A stretch of DNA of 20,000 bases from an uncultured virus (IMG/VR IMGVR_UViG_3300020362_000001) (IMGVR_UViG_3300020362_000001), one strand, 5' to 3'. Positions 8,766-17,528 are shown, numbered from the stretch's first letter. The notes: a model not told the origin generated them from the letters alone. Translations and numbers: made by a program.

Positions 8766-9729
8766 AGTTGCCCTGATAACGGGTATAAATGGTCAGGATG
8801 GTTCATATTTAGCAGAGTTTTTATTAGAAAAAGGATATGAAGTATGGGGTACTATTAAACGTAATTCCGTAGCGGAAAACCAAACATCTCGTTTGGATGA
8901 AATATACCCTCAATTATTAGGTAAATTACATTATGCTGATTTAACTGATTTAGCATCTTTAATTTCAATCATACAACAGTGTCAACCTGACGAAATTTAC
9001 AACTTAGCAGCGCAAAGTCACGTTAGAATATCATTTGACCAACCAATATACACAGCTCAAGCTACTGGCATAGGTACACTTAATTTATTGGAAGCTATAC
9101 GTTTAACTAAACCTAATGCTAAAATATATCAAGCATCAAGTAGTGAAATGTTTGGTAATAATATAGATGAAGATGGGTATCAACGTGAAACTACACCTAT
9201 GAATCCAGTTTCTCCATATGGTTGTGCTAAAGTATATTCATACAATATTTGTAGAAATTATCGTAATTCATATGGTATGTTTATTTCAAATGGAATATTA
9301 TTTAATCATGAATCACCTAGACGAGGTACTAATTTTGTAACCAATAAAGTAGTTAAAACTGCTGTTGAAATAAAAAAAGGGTTACGTAATGAATTAGTAT
9401 TAGGTAATTTAGAAGCAACCCGTGACTGGGGGCATGCTAAGGATTATGTTGAAGCAATGTGGTTAATCTTACAACAGGATAACCCAGATGATTTTACTTG
9501 TGCTACAGGTGTATCTAATTCAGTACAATATTTAGTAGATTATACTTTTAATAAGTTAAATTTAGATGTACAAAAATACGTTAAAACGGATCCTAAATAT
9601 CTTAGACCTGAGGAATTAAAAGATTTAAAAGGTGATTCAAGTAAATTAAGAGCCCTAGGTTGGAAACCCAAATATACATTTGAAACTATGATAGATGAAA
9701 TGATAGAATATTGGATGGAAAAATTATGA
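8746..9729 (+). CDS. gmd: GDP-mannose 4,6-dehydratase
   Basis: ALITGINGQDGSYLAE, YNLAAQSHVRISF, YQASSSEMFG, PVSPYGCAK, GILFNHESPRRG, RDWGHAKDYV. Confidence 0.97.
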   Translation: MKVQENKVALITGINGQDGSYLAEFLLEKGYEVWGTIKRNSVAENQTSRLDEIYPQLLGKLHYADLTDLASLISIIQQCQPDEIYNLAAQSHVRISFDQPIYTAQATGIGTLNLLEAIRLTKPNAKIYQASSSEMFGNNIDEDGYQRETTPMNPVSPYGCAKVYSYNICRNYRNSYGMFISNGILFNHESPRRGTNFVTNKVVKTAVEIKKGLRNELVLGNLEATRDWGHAKDYVEAMWLILQQDNPDDFTCATGVSNSVQYLVDYTFNKLNLDVQKYVKTDPKYLRPEELKDLKGDSSKLRALGWKPKYTFETMIDEMIEYWMEKL

Positions 9730-10541
9730 AATTAAAAATAAAACATTTTGATGCTAAAGTATTTGAATCTAAAATGGATCATCTTAAGGATGTTAATTTT
9801 ACTTTATTTGTAGATGATATTCCCCAATCACAAGATGATTTAACTGATATAAACGTTTTAGTTTTACAAGAACCAAATGAATATTTTGGTTTACATGATT
9901 GGGCTATAAAAAATAAAGATTTATTTTCTTTAATTTTAACTTGGGATGATAAAGTATTAAATAATTGTGATAATGCTAGATTTTTAGCATTTGGGCATAC
10001 TTGGTTTACTCCGCATTTATATAACAAAGAATATAAAAAACTATTCCAGGTATCTCATTTGGCTGGTAAGTTAAATAAAACATATGGACATAATTTAAGA
10101 CACGAATTATTATCCAGAAGAGATGAAATACAAAGAGATACAATATTCCATCACACTTATGGAGATAGACATAATATAGAGGATGCTCGTATGGGCAAAA
10201 TAGATGTATTTTCCCCCAGTCAATTTGGTGTAGCTATAGAAAATACTCAACATAGAGGATATTTTACTGAAAAAATATTAGATTTATTCTTATTAAAATC
10301 AGTTCCTATATACTGGGGTTGTACTAATATAGGATATTTTTTCAATACTGATGGTATTATTATTGTTAATAGTGTAGATGATATAATTCATGCTATTAAT
10401 GTTTTAGATAAAAATTCTTATGATATAGTATTTAAAAAAGCAGTAGAGGAAAATTATCAAACGGCTAAAAAATATGTTGATTATGAGCAAAACATAGTAG
10501 ACTATATAACTAAAGTGTTTACTGAAAATGGAATATTATGA
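9726..10541 (+). CDS. GT10 (alpha-1,3/4-fucosyltransferase)-like glycosyltransferase
   Basis: FGVAIENT...GYFTEKILD......VPIYWG matches the GT10 donor-binding motif. Directly follows fcl-gmd. Start set at 9726 (ATGA overlap with the gmd stop). Confidence 0.8.
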   Translation: MKLKIKHFDAKVFESKMDHLKDVNFTLFVDDIPQSQDDLTDINVLVLQEPNEYFGLHDWAIKNKDLFSLILTWDDKVLNNCDNARFLAFGHTWFTPHLYNKEYKKLFQVSHLAGKLNKTYGHNLRHELLSRRDEIQRDTIFHHTYGDRHNIEDARMGKIDVFSPSQFGVAIENTQHRGYFTEKILDLFLLKSVPIYWGCTNIGYFFNTDGIIIVNSVDDIIHAINVLDKNSYDIVFKKAVEENYQTAKKYVDYEQNIVDYITKVFTENGIL

Positions 10542-11004
10542 TCTATTTAAAAAATATAAATCAGATTGTAATGTATTTTTTGAAACAGGTACACATATAG
10601 GCAATTCAGTGGATGCCGCTTATAAATTAGGTTTTAATAGAATAATTTCAATAGAAAGAGAAGAAAGGTTTTATGATTATTGTATGAATCGTTTTCAATC
10701 TTTAGATGCATGGGAGCAAATAAAATTATTTTTAGGTAGATCTGAAGACAATATTGAAAAATTAGTTTTAGAATGGGTTAATGATAAGGCCTTATTTTGG
10801 CTAGATGCACATGAAAATAATAGTCCATATAAAACGGAAATTGAAGCTATATTAAAACATCCAAAAAAAAATCACACAATAATTGTAGATGACGTAGAAG
10901 TTTATTATATTGATGTAGACTGGATTAAAAATAAACTATTAGAGTACAACCCAAGTTATAAATTTAAAATATATGAGAAAAAAAGTTTGGTATGCACCGC
11001 ATAA
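10528..11004 (+). CDS. Putative class I SAM-dependent methyltransferase
   Basis: FFETGTHIG (motif I), IISIE, FWLDAH, IIVDD. Confidence 0.72.
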   Translation: MEYYDLFKKYKSDCNVFFETGTHIGNSVDAAYKLGFNRIISIEREERFYDYCMNRFQSLDAWEQIKLFLGRSEDNIEKLVLEWVNDKALFWLDAHENNSPYKTEIEAILKHPKKNHTIIVDDVEVYYIDVDWIKNKLLEYNPSYKFKIYEKKSLVCTA

Positions 11005-12127
11005 ATTTGAATCCTACGGTGAAGAAGAAATTAAAGCAGTAAATAAGGCACTTAAAGATGGTTGGTTAGCAGGATTTGGTCCTTATACTACTGAATTTGA
11101 AGCTAAAATAGCTGAAGAATTTGGGAAAAAATATGGTGTGTTTGTGAATTCAGGTTCATCCGCATGTTTATTAGCTTTAGCATCTTTGGACATTGAAAAA
11201 GGAATGGAAGTAATTACTCCCGCTTTAACATTTTCTACTACATTAGCACCTATAATTCAATTAGGATATGTTCCTAAATTTATTGATTCCGAACTAACTT
11301 CTTATGTTCCTAGTGTAGAGGCTATTTGTGATGCTATTACAAATAAAACTAGAGCTATTATGATACCTAATTTAATAGGTAATAAAATGGATTTTAGCAC
11401 TTTAAGAAATGAATTAATGAGAAGAAGTTTAGAACATATACCGGTAATAGAAGATTCAGCAGATACTATCACATATACAGAAGATACAGATGTCTCAACA
11501 ACTAGTTTTTATGCTTCACATATTATAACAGCTGGTGGAATGGGTGGTATGGTTATGTTTAATAAAAAAGAACATATGAAAAGAGCCTTAATGTATCGTG
11601 ATTGGGGTAGAATAGGAGATAATAGTGAAAATATGGACGAAAGATTTGCTCATGATGTAGATGGAATACCTTATGATTATAAATTTTTATATGGCGTATT
11701 AGGATATAATATGAAATGTGCTGAAGCTAATGCTGCATTTGGGTTAGTACAGTTAGAAAAATTTCAAAAATATAAAGAAATAAGACGTAATAATATAGAA
11801 CGTTATTTATATAGATTAAGAAATATTCCTGAAATAACCCTTCCAGATGATAAAATAAAACCTAATTGGTTAGCCATTCCTTTACAAATAGAGGATAGAT
11901 TAGGATTACTTAATTTTTTAGAGGATAATAATATTCAAACTAGAGTTACATTTGCAGGTAATGTAACCAGACATCCAGCATATAGAAAGTATTTACAGGA
12001 TTTTCCCGTAGCAGATCAAGTTATGAAAAATGGTTTTTTACTAGGAGCCCATCATGGAATGACTACACAGGATGTAGATTATGTCTGTGATAAAATTATT
12101 GAATATATTGAAACATATTATGACTAA
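10973..12127 (+). CDS. DegT-family PLP enzyme, RfbH(DdhC)/ColD-like NDP-4-keto-6-deoxyhexose 3-dehydratase
   Basis: VNSGSSA, IEDSAD, SFYASH with His183 (codon 11519-11521) at the usual Schiff-base Lys position, RDWGR, GYNMK, TRVTFAGNVTRHP. Confidence 0.85.
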   Translation: MRKKVWYAPHKFESYGEEEIKAVNKALKDGWLAGFGPYTTEFEAKIAEEFGKKYGVFVNSGSSACLLALASLDIEKGMEVITPALTFSTTLAPIIQLGYVPKFIDSELTSYVPSVEAICDAITNKTRAIMIPNLIGNKMDFSTLRNELMRRSLEHIPVIEDSADTITYTEDTDVSTTSFYASHIITAGGMGGMVMFNKKEHMKRALMYRDWGRIGDNSENMDERFAHDVDGIPYDYKFLYGVLGYNMKCAEANAAFGLVQLEKFQKYKEIRRNNIERYLYRLRNIPEITLPDDKIKPNWLAIPLQIEDRLGLLNFLEDNNIQTRVTFAGNVTRHPAYRKYLQDFPVADQVMKNGFLLGAHHGMTTQDVDYVCDKIIEYIETYYD

Positions 12128-13073
12128 ATCGGTTTATATAACAGGTTGCTTTGGTTTTATAGGTAGCTATGTAACTAGAGAATGCTTAAATAAAGGTTGG
12201 CATGTTTATGGTATTGATAAAATGACTTATGCCTCTTTTAAGGATGCTTATGATGAATTCATTAAACATCCCCGTTTTAAATTTCAAAAACGAGATATTA
12301 ATAATATAAAATTTTTATATGAATGTGACTATGTAATTAATACTGCAGCGGAAACACACGTAGGTAATTCAATAGTAAAAAGTGAAGAATTTTTAAAATC
12401 TAATGTAGATGGAGTTCATAATTTACTAGAATTAATTAGAAATTATAGAGCAGAATGTTCCAAAAAACCTATTTTATTGCACTTTTCCACAGATGAAGTT
12501 TATGGTGATATAACAGATGGGGATCATTTAGAAACTGATACATTAAAACCCTCCAACCCATACTCAGCTACTAAAGCAGCTGCGGATCAACTAATAATGG
12601 CTTGGGGTCGTACTTATAATTTACCTTATGTTATTTTAAGACCTACTAACAATTATGGTATTGGACAATATGTAGAAAAATTAATACCTAAAACTATAAA
12701 GTATTTAGGATTAAATAAAAAAATACCTTTACATGATGGAGGAACCCCCATTAGAAATTGGTTACACGCATATGATACTGCTGAAGCAGTAATTACTATA
12801 ATAGAAGCAGGAGTTAAAAATGAAATATATAATATATGTGGTGGTTATGAGCAAACTAATTTGGATACAGTAAGTAAAATTATTAAATTATATAATCCTG
12901 AAGCAAAAGGTTTAGATAAATATTTAGATTTATCTTATTCAAGACAAGGTCAAGATGTTAGATATGCTTTAAATGATGATAAGTTAAGATCATTAGGTTG
13001 GAAACCAGTAACTATATTTGATAAGGAATTACCAGATATAGTAGAATATTATAAAAATAATTTTATATGGTAG
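12120..13073 (+). CDS. NDP-glucose 4,6-dehydratase (RmlB/RfbB-like)
   Basis: ITGCFGFIGS, DKMTYA, AAETHV, STDEVYG, PSNPYSATKA, NNYG..Q..EKLIP, R.GQD.RY. Start set at ATG 12120 (MTKSVYITG). Confidence 0.88.
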   Translation: MTKSVYITGCFGFIGSYVTRECLNKGWHVYGIDKMTYASFKDAYDEFIKHPRFKFQKRDINNIKFLYECDYVINTAAETHVGNSIVKSEEFLKSNVDGVHNLLELIRNYRAECSKKPILLHFSTDEVYGDITDGDHLETDTLKPSNPYSATKAAADQLIMAWGRTYNLPYVILRPTNNYGIGQYVEKLIPKTIKYLGLNKKIPLHDGGTPIRNWLHAYDTAEAVITIIEAGVKNEIYNICGGYEQTNLDTVSKIIKLYNPEAKGLDKYLDLSYSRQGQDVRYALNDDKLRSLGWKPVTIFDKELPDIVEYYKNNFIW

Positions 13074-14866
13074 AAAAAAAGGTTTTAGAACATTTAGTAG
13101 ATTATTTAGTAGATAATAGATTTGATACTTTCTTTTTGGTTACAGGAGGAGCAATAGTGCCTACTGTAGATTATATAGGTAGAAAAAAAGGTGCTACTTA
13201 TTATTGTTTTCAACATGAACAATCGGCCGCAATGGCAGCTGAAAGTTTTTATAGAACATCAGGTAAAATGGGTGTAGTATTAACTACTAGTGGACCTGGT
13301 GCACAGAATTTATTAAATGGTATTTGTGGATGTTGGTATGAATCAATTCCATGTCTTTTTATTACTGGTCAAGTAAGCACATATGAATCTTTAGATTCTA
13401 TAAAAACTAGCCCTAGACAGGTTGGTTTTCAAGAAACACCAGTGGCGGAATCTTTTAAACATTTTACTAAATATTCTAATAAGGTTACTAAAGCAGAATT
13501 ATTTGACGAAATGTTACAAAAAGCTATAACATCTAGTTTAATTGGCAGACCAGGACCTTCTTTACTTGATATACCAGTTGATATACAAAATTCAACTATC
13601 AGTAATTATTCCACGGAAATACTTAGATGGTGGTTAAATGCTCCTGATTATTTTATGCATCCCGATGAATTTAGAGATATTGCTAAAAAAATAGAAAAAA
13701 GTAAAAGACCACTATTATTATTAGGTCAAGGAGTTAAACTATCAGGTGGTAAAAATTTAGCTAAACAATTAGTAGATAAATTAGGTATTCCTTTTGTTGT
13801 ATCATGGGGTGGATTTGATACTGTATCACACTATCATCCTTTATTTGTAGGTGATATAGGAGTTTATGGTAGTAGAGGTGGAAATTATGCTATTCAAAAT
13901 TGCGATTTATTATTATCAATAGGATCTAGATTGGATACTAGACAAACGGGAGGACAATTAGAATCATTTTCAAGGGATTCATATAAAATAATGGTTGATA
14001 TAGATGCTAATGAAATTTTTAAAGATAGAGGTATTAAAATAGATTTACCTGTAGTTGCGGATGCTAAAGAATTTATGGGAGGGCTTATCAGTCTTTGTAA
14101 CACTATTAAATTAAAAGACAAGTGGTTTAATTCAATCAATAAATGGAAAAATTTAAAAGAAAAACGTGAAACACAAGATGGTGTTTTAACATCCTATGAG
14201 TTTTTACAAGAATTAGATAGTCATTTACCTGGTAATAGTATTATTATTCCAGATGAAGGTGGTAATTTAGTTTGGACTATGCAATCCATTAAGATAAAAG
14301 GTGAACAAAAATTATATTCTAATTTTGGAAATTCATCTATGGGTTATGGTTTACCTTCAGCTATAGGGGCTTGTATAGGAAAAAAAGATTTAGGTCCCGT
14401 AATTTGTATTGATGGTGATGGTGGTTTTCAAATGAATATTCAGGAATTACAAACTGTTAAACATTATAATTTACCTTTGAAAATTTTTATAATGAATAAT
14501 AATTGTTATGGTATTATAAAACAATTTCAAGATTCATATTTTGATAAAAGGTATATAGCGACTGAATCACAAGATTATACTGCTCCCGATTTTGTAAAAG
14601 TAGCTAAAGCATATGGTATTAGAGCAATGCGTGCTACTAAAGATAATTATAAAGATGTAATAAATTTGGCAATGCAAGAAACAGGTAGTATATTAGTAGA
14701 TGTTGTAATTGATAGAGAACAAAAATTAATTCCTAAATTAGAGTATGGTAATCCGTTAGAAGATATGTCACCATACCAAACTGATGAAGAAATAAAAGAT
14801 AATATGTTAATAAAAATGATCCCTAGAAGAGACAACACACAGGGATGGGTAACTTTAAATAAATAA
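13067..14866 (+). CDS. Thiamine diphosphate-dependent enzyme, acetolactate synthase-like (YerE-type candidate)
   Basis: HEQSAAMAA catalytic Glu, TSGPG, GFQE, GRPGP..LDIP.D, SMGYGLPSAIGA, and GDGGFQMNIQEL...NNN ThDP motif. Confidence 0.9.
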   Translation: MVEKKVLEHLVDYLVDNRFDTFFLVTGGAIVPTVDYIGRKKGATYYCFQHEQSAAMAAESFYRTSGKMGVVLTTSGPGAQNLLNGICGCWYESIPCLFITGQVSTYESLDSIKTSPRQVGFQETPVAESFKHFTKYSNKVTKAELFDEMLQKAITSSLIGRPGPSLLDIPVDIQNSTISNYSTEILRWWLNAPDYFMHPDEFRDIAKKIEKSKRPLLLLGQGVKLSGGKNLAKQLVDKLGIPFVVSWGGFDTVSHYHPLFVGDIGVYGSRGGNYAIQNCDLLLSIGSRLDTRQTGGQLESFSRDSYKIMVDIDANEIFKDRGIKIDLPVVADAKEFMGGLISLCNTIKLKDKWFNSINKWKNLKEKRETQDGVLTSYEFLQELDSHLPGNSIIIPDEGGNLVWTMQSIKIKGEQKLYSNFGNSSMGYGLPSAIGACIGKKDLGPVICIDGDGGFQMNIQELQTVKHYNLPLKIFIMNNNCYGIIKQFQDSYFDKRYIATESQDYTAPDFVKVAKAYGIRAMRATKDNYKDVINLAMQETGSILVDVVIDREQKLIPKLEYGNPLEDMSPYQTDEEIKDNMLIKMIPRRDNTQGWVTLNK

Positions 14867-14867
14867 A

Positions 14868-15803
14868 ATGGCAGCAGATAGCAAAACTAAAAAAACAATT
14901 TTAACTTTAAACAAAAACAAAAGAGAAGGTAATACATCTGTTATGGTTACAGCTTATGATTACCCACAATCAAGAATAGCCGATAAAGCAGGTGTTGATT
15001 GTATATTAGTGGGTGATTCTTTGGGAATGACTACACTAGGTCATAAAACAACTATTCCAGTTACTATGACTGATATGATTAGATCATGTGAAGCAGTAAG
15101 TAGAGGTGCAGATGATGCATTATTAATAGGTGACATGCCTTATATGTCTTATCAACCTTCTAATCAAGTAGCAATTGAAAATGCCGGAGATTTTATAAAA
15201 GCTGGTATGGATATGGTAAAAGTGGAAGGTGCTATGACTGATAGAATTAAAGCCATATGTGATTCAGGAATATTAGTTATGAGCCATTTAGGTTTAACTC
15301 CACATACTAGAGCTAAATTAGGTGGTTATAAAGTACAAGGTAAAACTGCCGAACAAGCTGAAATTGTATTAAATCAAGCTTTAAAATTACAAGAAGCTGG
15401 ATGTTCTGCTTTATTATTAGAGGCAATGCCTAAAGAACCAGCTGGAATGATAGCACGTGAATTAGATATTCCCGTATTTGGTATTGGTGCCGGTGATGAA
15501 GTAGATGGACAACTAGTTATATTCCATGATTTAATGGGATTATTTTGGGAATTTAAATCTAAATTTGTAAAACGTTATTGTGAAGCAGGTCAAATAATGA
15601 CTGATGCATTAACTGATTATGTTAGAGAAGTAAAAGAAGGAATATTTCCCGCACAAGAAAATTTCTATGAAATCAAAGATGAGGAACTAGAAAAATTGTT
15701 GGGTGATAAAAAATGGAAATATGAATTAGATAACGATTATTATAATAACCGTAATCATAGTGCTACACCAGTAACTCAAAATAAAACAGTTGTTAAAAGA
15801 TGA
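14868..15803 (+). CDS. panB: Ketopantoate hydroxymethyltransferase (PanB) homologue
   Basis: MVTAYD, ILVGDSLGM, GDMPYMSY, VKVEG, HLGLTP, GGYKVQG, LLLEA, GIGAG..VDGQ, KFVKRY. About 40 extra residues after the usual FP..E..Y end. Confidence 0.92.
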   Translation: MAADSKTKKTILTLNKNKREGNTSVMVTAYDYPQSRIADKAGVDCILVGDSLGMTTLGHKTTIPVTMTDMIRSCEAVSRGADDALLIGDMPYMSYQPSNQVAIENAGDFIKAGMDMVKVEGAMTDRIKAICDSGILVMSHLGLTPHTRAKLGGYKVQGKTAEQAEIVLNQALKLQEAGCSALLLEAMPKEPAGMIARELDIPVFGIGAGDEVDGQLVIFHDLMGLFWEFKSKFVKRYCEAGQIMTDALTDYVREVKEGIFPAQENFYEIKDEELEKLLGDKKWKYELDNDYYNNRNHSATPVTQNKTVVKR

Positions 15804-16624
15804 AAATCCTAATTACTGGGGGCAATGGATTTATAGGTAGAAATCTCATAAAAACCTTAAATAAGGAATATGAGATTTTTGCTCCATTATCTTCGGAATT
15901 AGATTTAACTTCTACTAAATCCGTAGAAAAATATTTTCAAAATAAATACTTTGATGTAGTAATACATTGTGCCATTAAAGGTGGTAGAAGGAATATTGAG
16001 GATTCCGCTTTTACTTTACAACAAAATCTTCAAATGTTTTTTAATTTAATGAGATGTAAAAGACAATTTGATAGATTTATTAATTTTGCATCTGGAGCTG
16101 ATTTTGATAAAAGTAAGAATGTAAACCAAAATAATCATTCTTTATCCGAAAGTTTCCCTACTAGTCCTTATGGTATGTCTAAAAATATAATTAGTAGAAT
16201 ACTTAAGGATGCAAGTCGTTGTTATAATTTTAGAGTATATGGTTTATTTGGTATAGATGAAAATGAAGATAGATTTATGGTTTCAAATATCAAAAGATAT
16301 AAAGATAAAAAACCTATAGAAATTCATAAAAATAGGTATTGGGATTTCTTTTATATAAAAGATTTAATAAAAATAGTTAAATATTATATTGATAATCCTA
16401 AACAAAATTTAGATAATGAAATGGATTTAGTCTACTCAGATTTATTATCTTTAAGTAATATAGCACAATTAATAAACGAACTAGATAATCATCAGGTAGA
16501 AGTAAAAGTAAATGAACTTACAAGAGATTTTGATTACATAGGTAATAAAACTATAGGAGTTAATTTGGATATAGAATTAATTGGATTAAAAAAAGGACTA
16601 GAGGAAATTTATAATGCACTATAA
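15800..16624 (+). CDS. NAD(P)-dependent epimerase/reductase (extended SDR)
   Basis: MKILITGGNGFIG, VIHCA, FASGA, PYGMSK (YxxxK), RVYGLFG, DFFYIKD. Confidence 0.88.
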   Translation: MKILITGGNGFIGRNLIKTLNKEYEIFAPLSSELDLTSTKSVEKYFQNKYFDVVIHCAIKGGRRNIEDSAFTLQQNLQMFFNLMRCKRQFDRFINFASGADFDKSKNVNQNNHSLSESFPTSPYGMSKNIISRILKDASRCYNFRVYGLFGIDENEDRFMVSNIKRYKDKKPIEIHKNRYWDFFYIKDLIKIVKYYIDNPKQNLDNEMDLVYSDLLSLSNIAQLINELDNHQVEVKVNELTRDFDYIGNKTIGVNLDIELIGLKKGLEEIYNAL

Positions 16625-17528
16625 AATTACATATCCGTGTATGCCATGGGAGCTAGATTATGCTCTCCTTTCTTTTACTCAATTTAAAAAATCTAAATAT
16701 TATTTAAATGATGAAGATACTATAGAAATAAATCCATCATTAAATTTATCTTCATATTTAGTTAATTGGGAAAAAAGCAAAATATCAAAAAAACTATTAA
16801 TTGATAGATTTAACCAGTATTTAAAATTACTAAATGATTATAAGGTAACCCCTATTATATATGAGGGTGATGAATTATACGGACATCTTGATCATCAAAG
16901 AGATGCTATTTCTCCAGAAGTAGATTTTTATATTAGTGTTTGCCCTGACATGTATTTTAGTGAGCATTTATTAGCTTTATTAGTTAATAGTTCCAAACAA
17001 ATTAATACTAAATATTTTGTATTAACCCCGGAAATATACAAAATGTGGGATAACACCTGGGATGAAATTACTAATCAAGATTATCTTAATGTACCCTATG
17101 ATGATTGGAATAAAGGGGATATTTTTGATATTAGATCAAATATGAAAAACTCTAGTAAGGATGTAACATTAGAAACTACCATGAGAAGTAAATGGGCCGG
17201 ATGGTTTGATTTATTTAATAAAGAAATGTATGAAAATTTAGTTCCAATTCAAGAAGATTGGCACGGTTACGGACCCTGGGATTGGTTTTCTTTATTAGTA
17301 ACAGAACATGTTAAAAGACAAAATGTAGATTTCCAGCAATATATTTTACGCGGACAAACTATATTTGAGTATCCTATAGGTCCTTTATTAGATGGTGGTT
17401 ATACTAAAATGTACAAAGATTTACTTCATATAAATGATGTACCTAATCAAAGGCAAATATTTGAAAGTAAGATGGAAGAGTACCTAAATAGAGGTATACA
17501 ATCACTATATGATAAAAAAATATTATGA
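16614..17528 (+). CDS. Hypothetical protein, possibly a divergent GT-A glycosyltransferase
   Basis: 304-aa ORF overlapping both neighbours. FYISVCPDMYF may be a degenerate DxD and WHGYGPWD resembles the GT-A G-[WY]-G-x-x-D motif. Function is tentative. Confidence 0.55.
   Translation: MHYKITYPCMPWELDYALLSFTQFKKSKYYLNDEDTIEINPSLNLSSYLVNWEKSKISKKLLIDRFNQYLKLLNDYKVTPIIYEGDELYGHLDHQRDAISPEVDFYISVCPDMYFSEHLLALLVNSSKQINTKYFVLTPEIYKMWDNTWDEITNQDYLNVPYDDWNKGDIFDIRSNMKNSSKDVTLETTMRSKWAGWFDLFNKEMYENLVPIQEDWHGYGPWDWFSLLVTEHVKRQNVDFQQYILRGQTIFEYPIGPLLDGGYTKMYKDLLHINDVPNQRQIFESKMEEYLNRGIQSLYDKKIL

Noticed and set aside
57..12119. ORF-track starts at 57, 9711 and 12081
   Set aside because: The GroEL frame is open upstream of 57. 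ATG 9726 and ATG 12120 give short overlaps like the rest of the operon, and 12120 puts the Rossmann motif at the N-terminus.
10973..12127. Perosamine synthase or other sugar aminotransferase call (tempting near gmd)
   Set aside because: The Schiff-base Lys position holds His.
13092..13114. Tandem 11-nt repeat ATTTAGTAGAT with 12-nt period
   Set aside because: Two copies only, in frame (LVDY LVDN), expected by chance or from a small duplication in AT-rich coding DNA.
13067..14866. Housekeeping acetolactate synthase (ilvB/ilvI) call
   Set aside because: No small regulatory subunit, ilvC or ilvD adjacent, and the gene is coupled to a sugar dehydratase. Left without a gene symbol, though not formally excluded.
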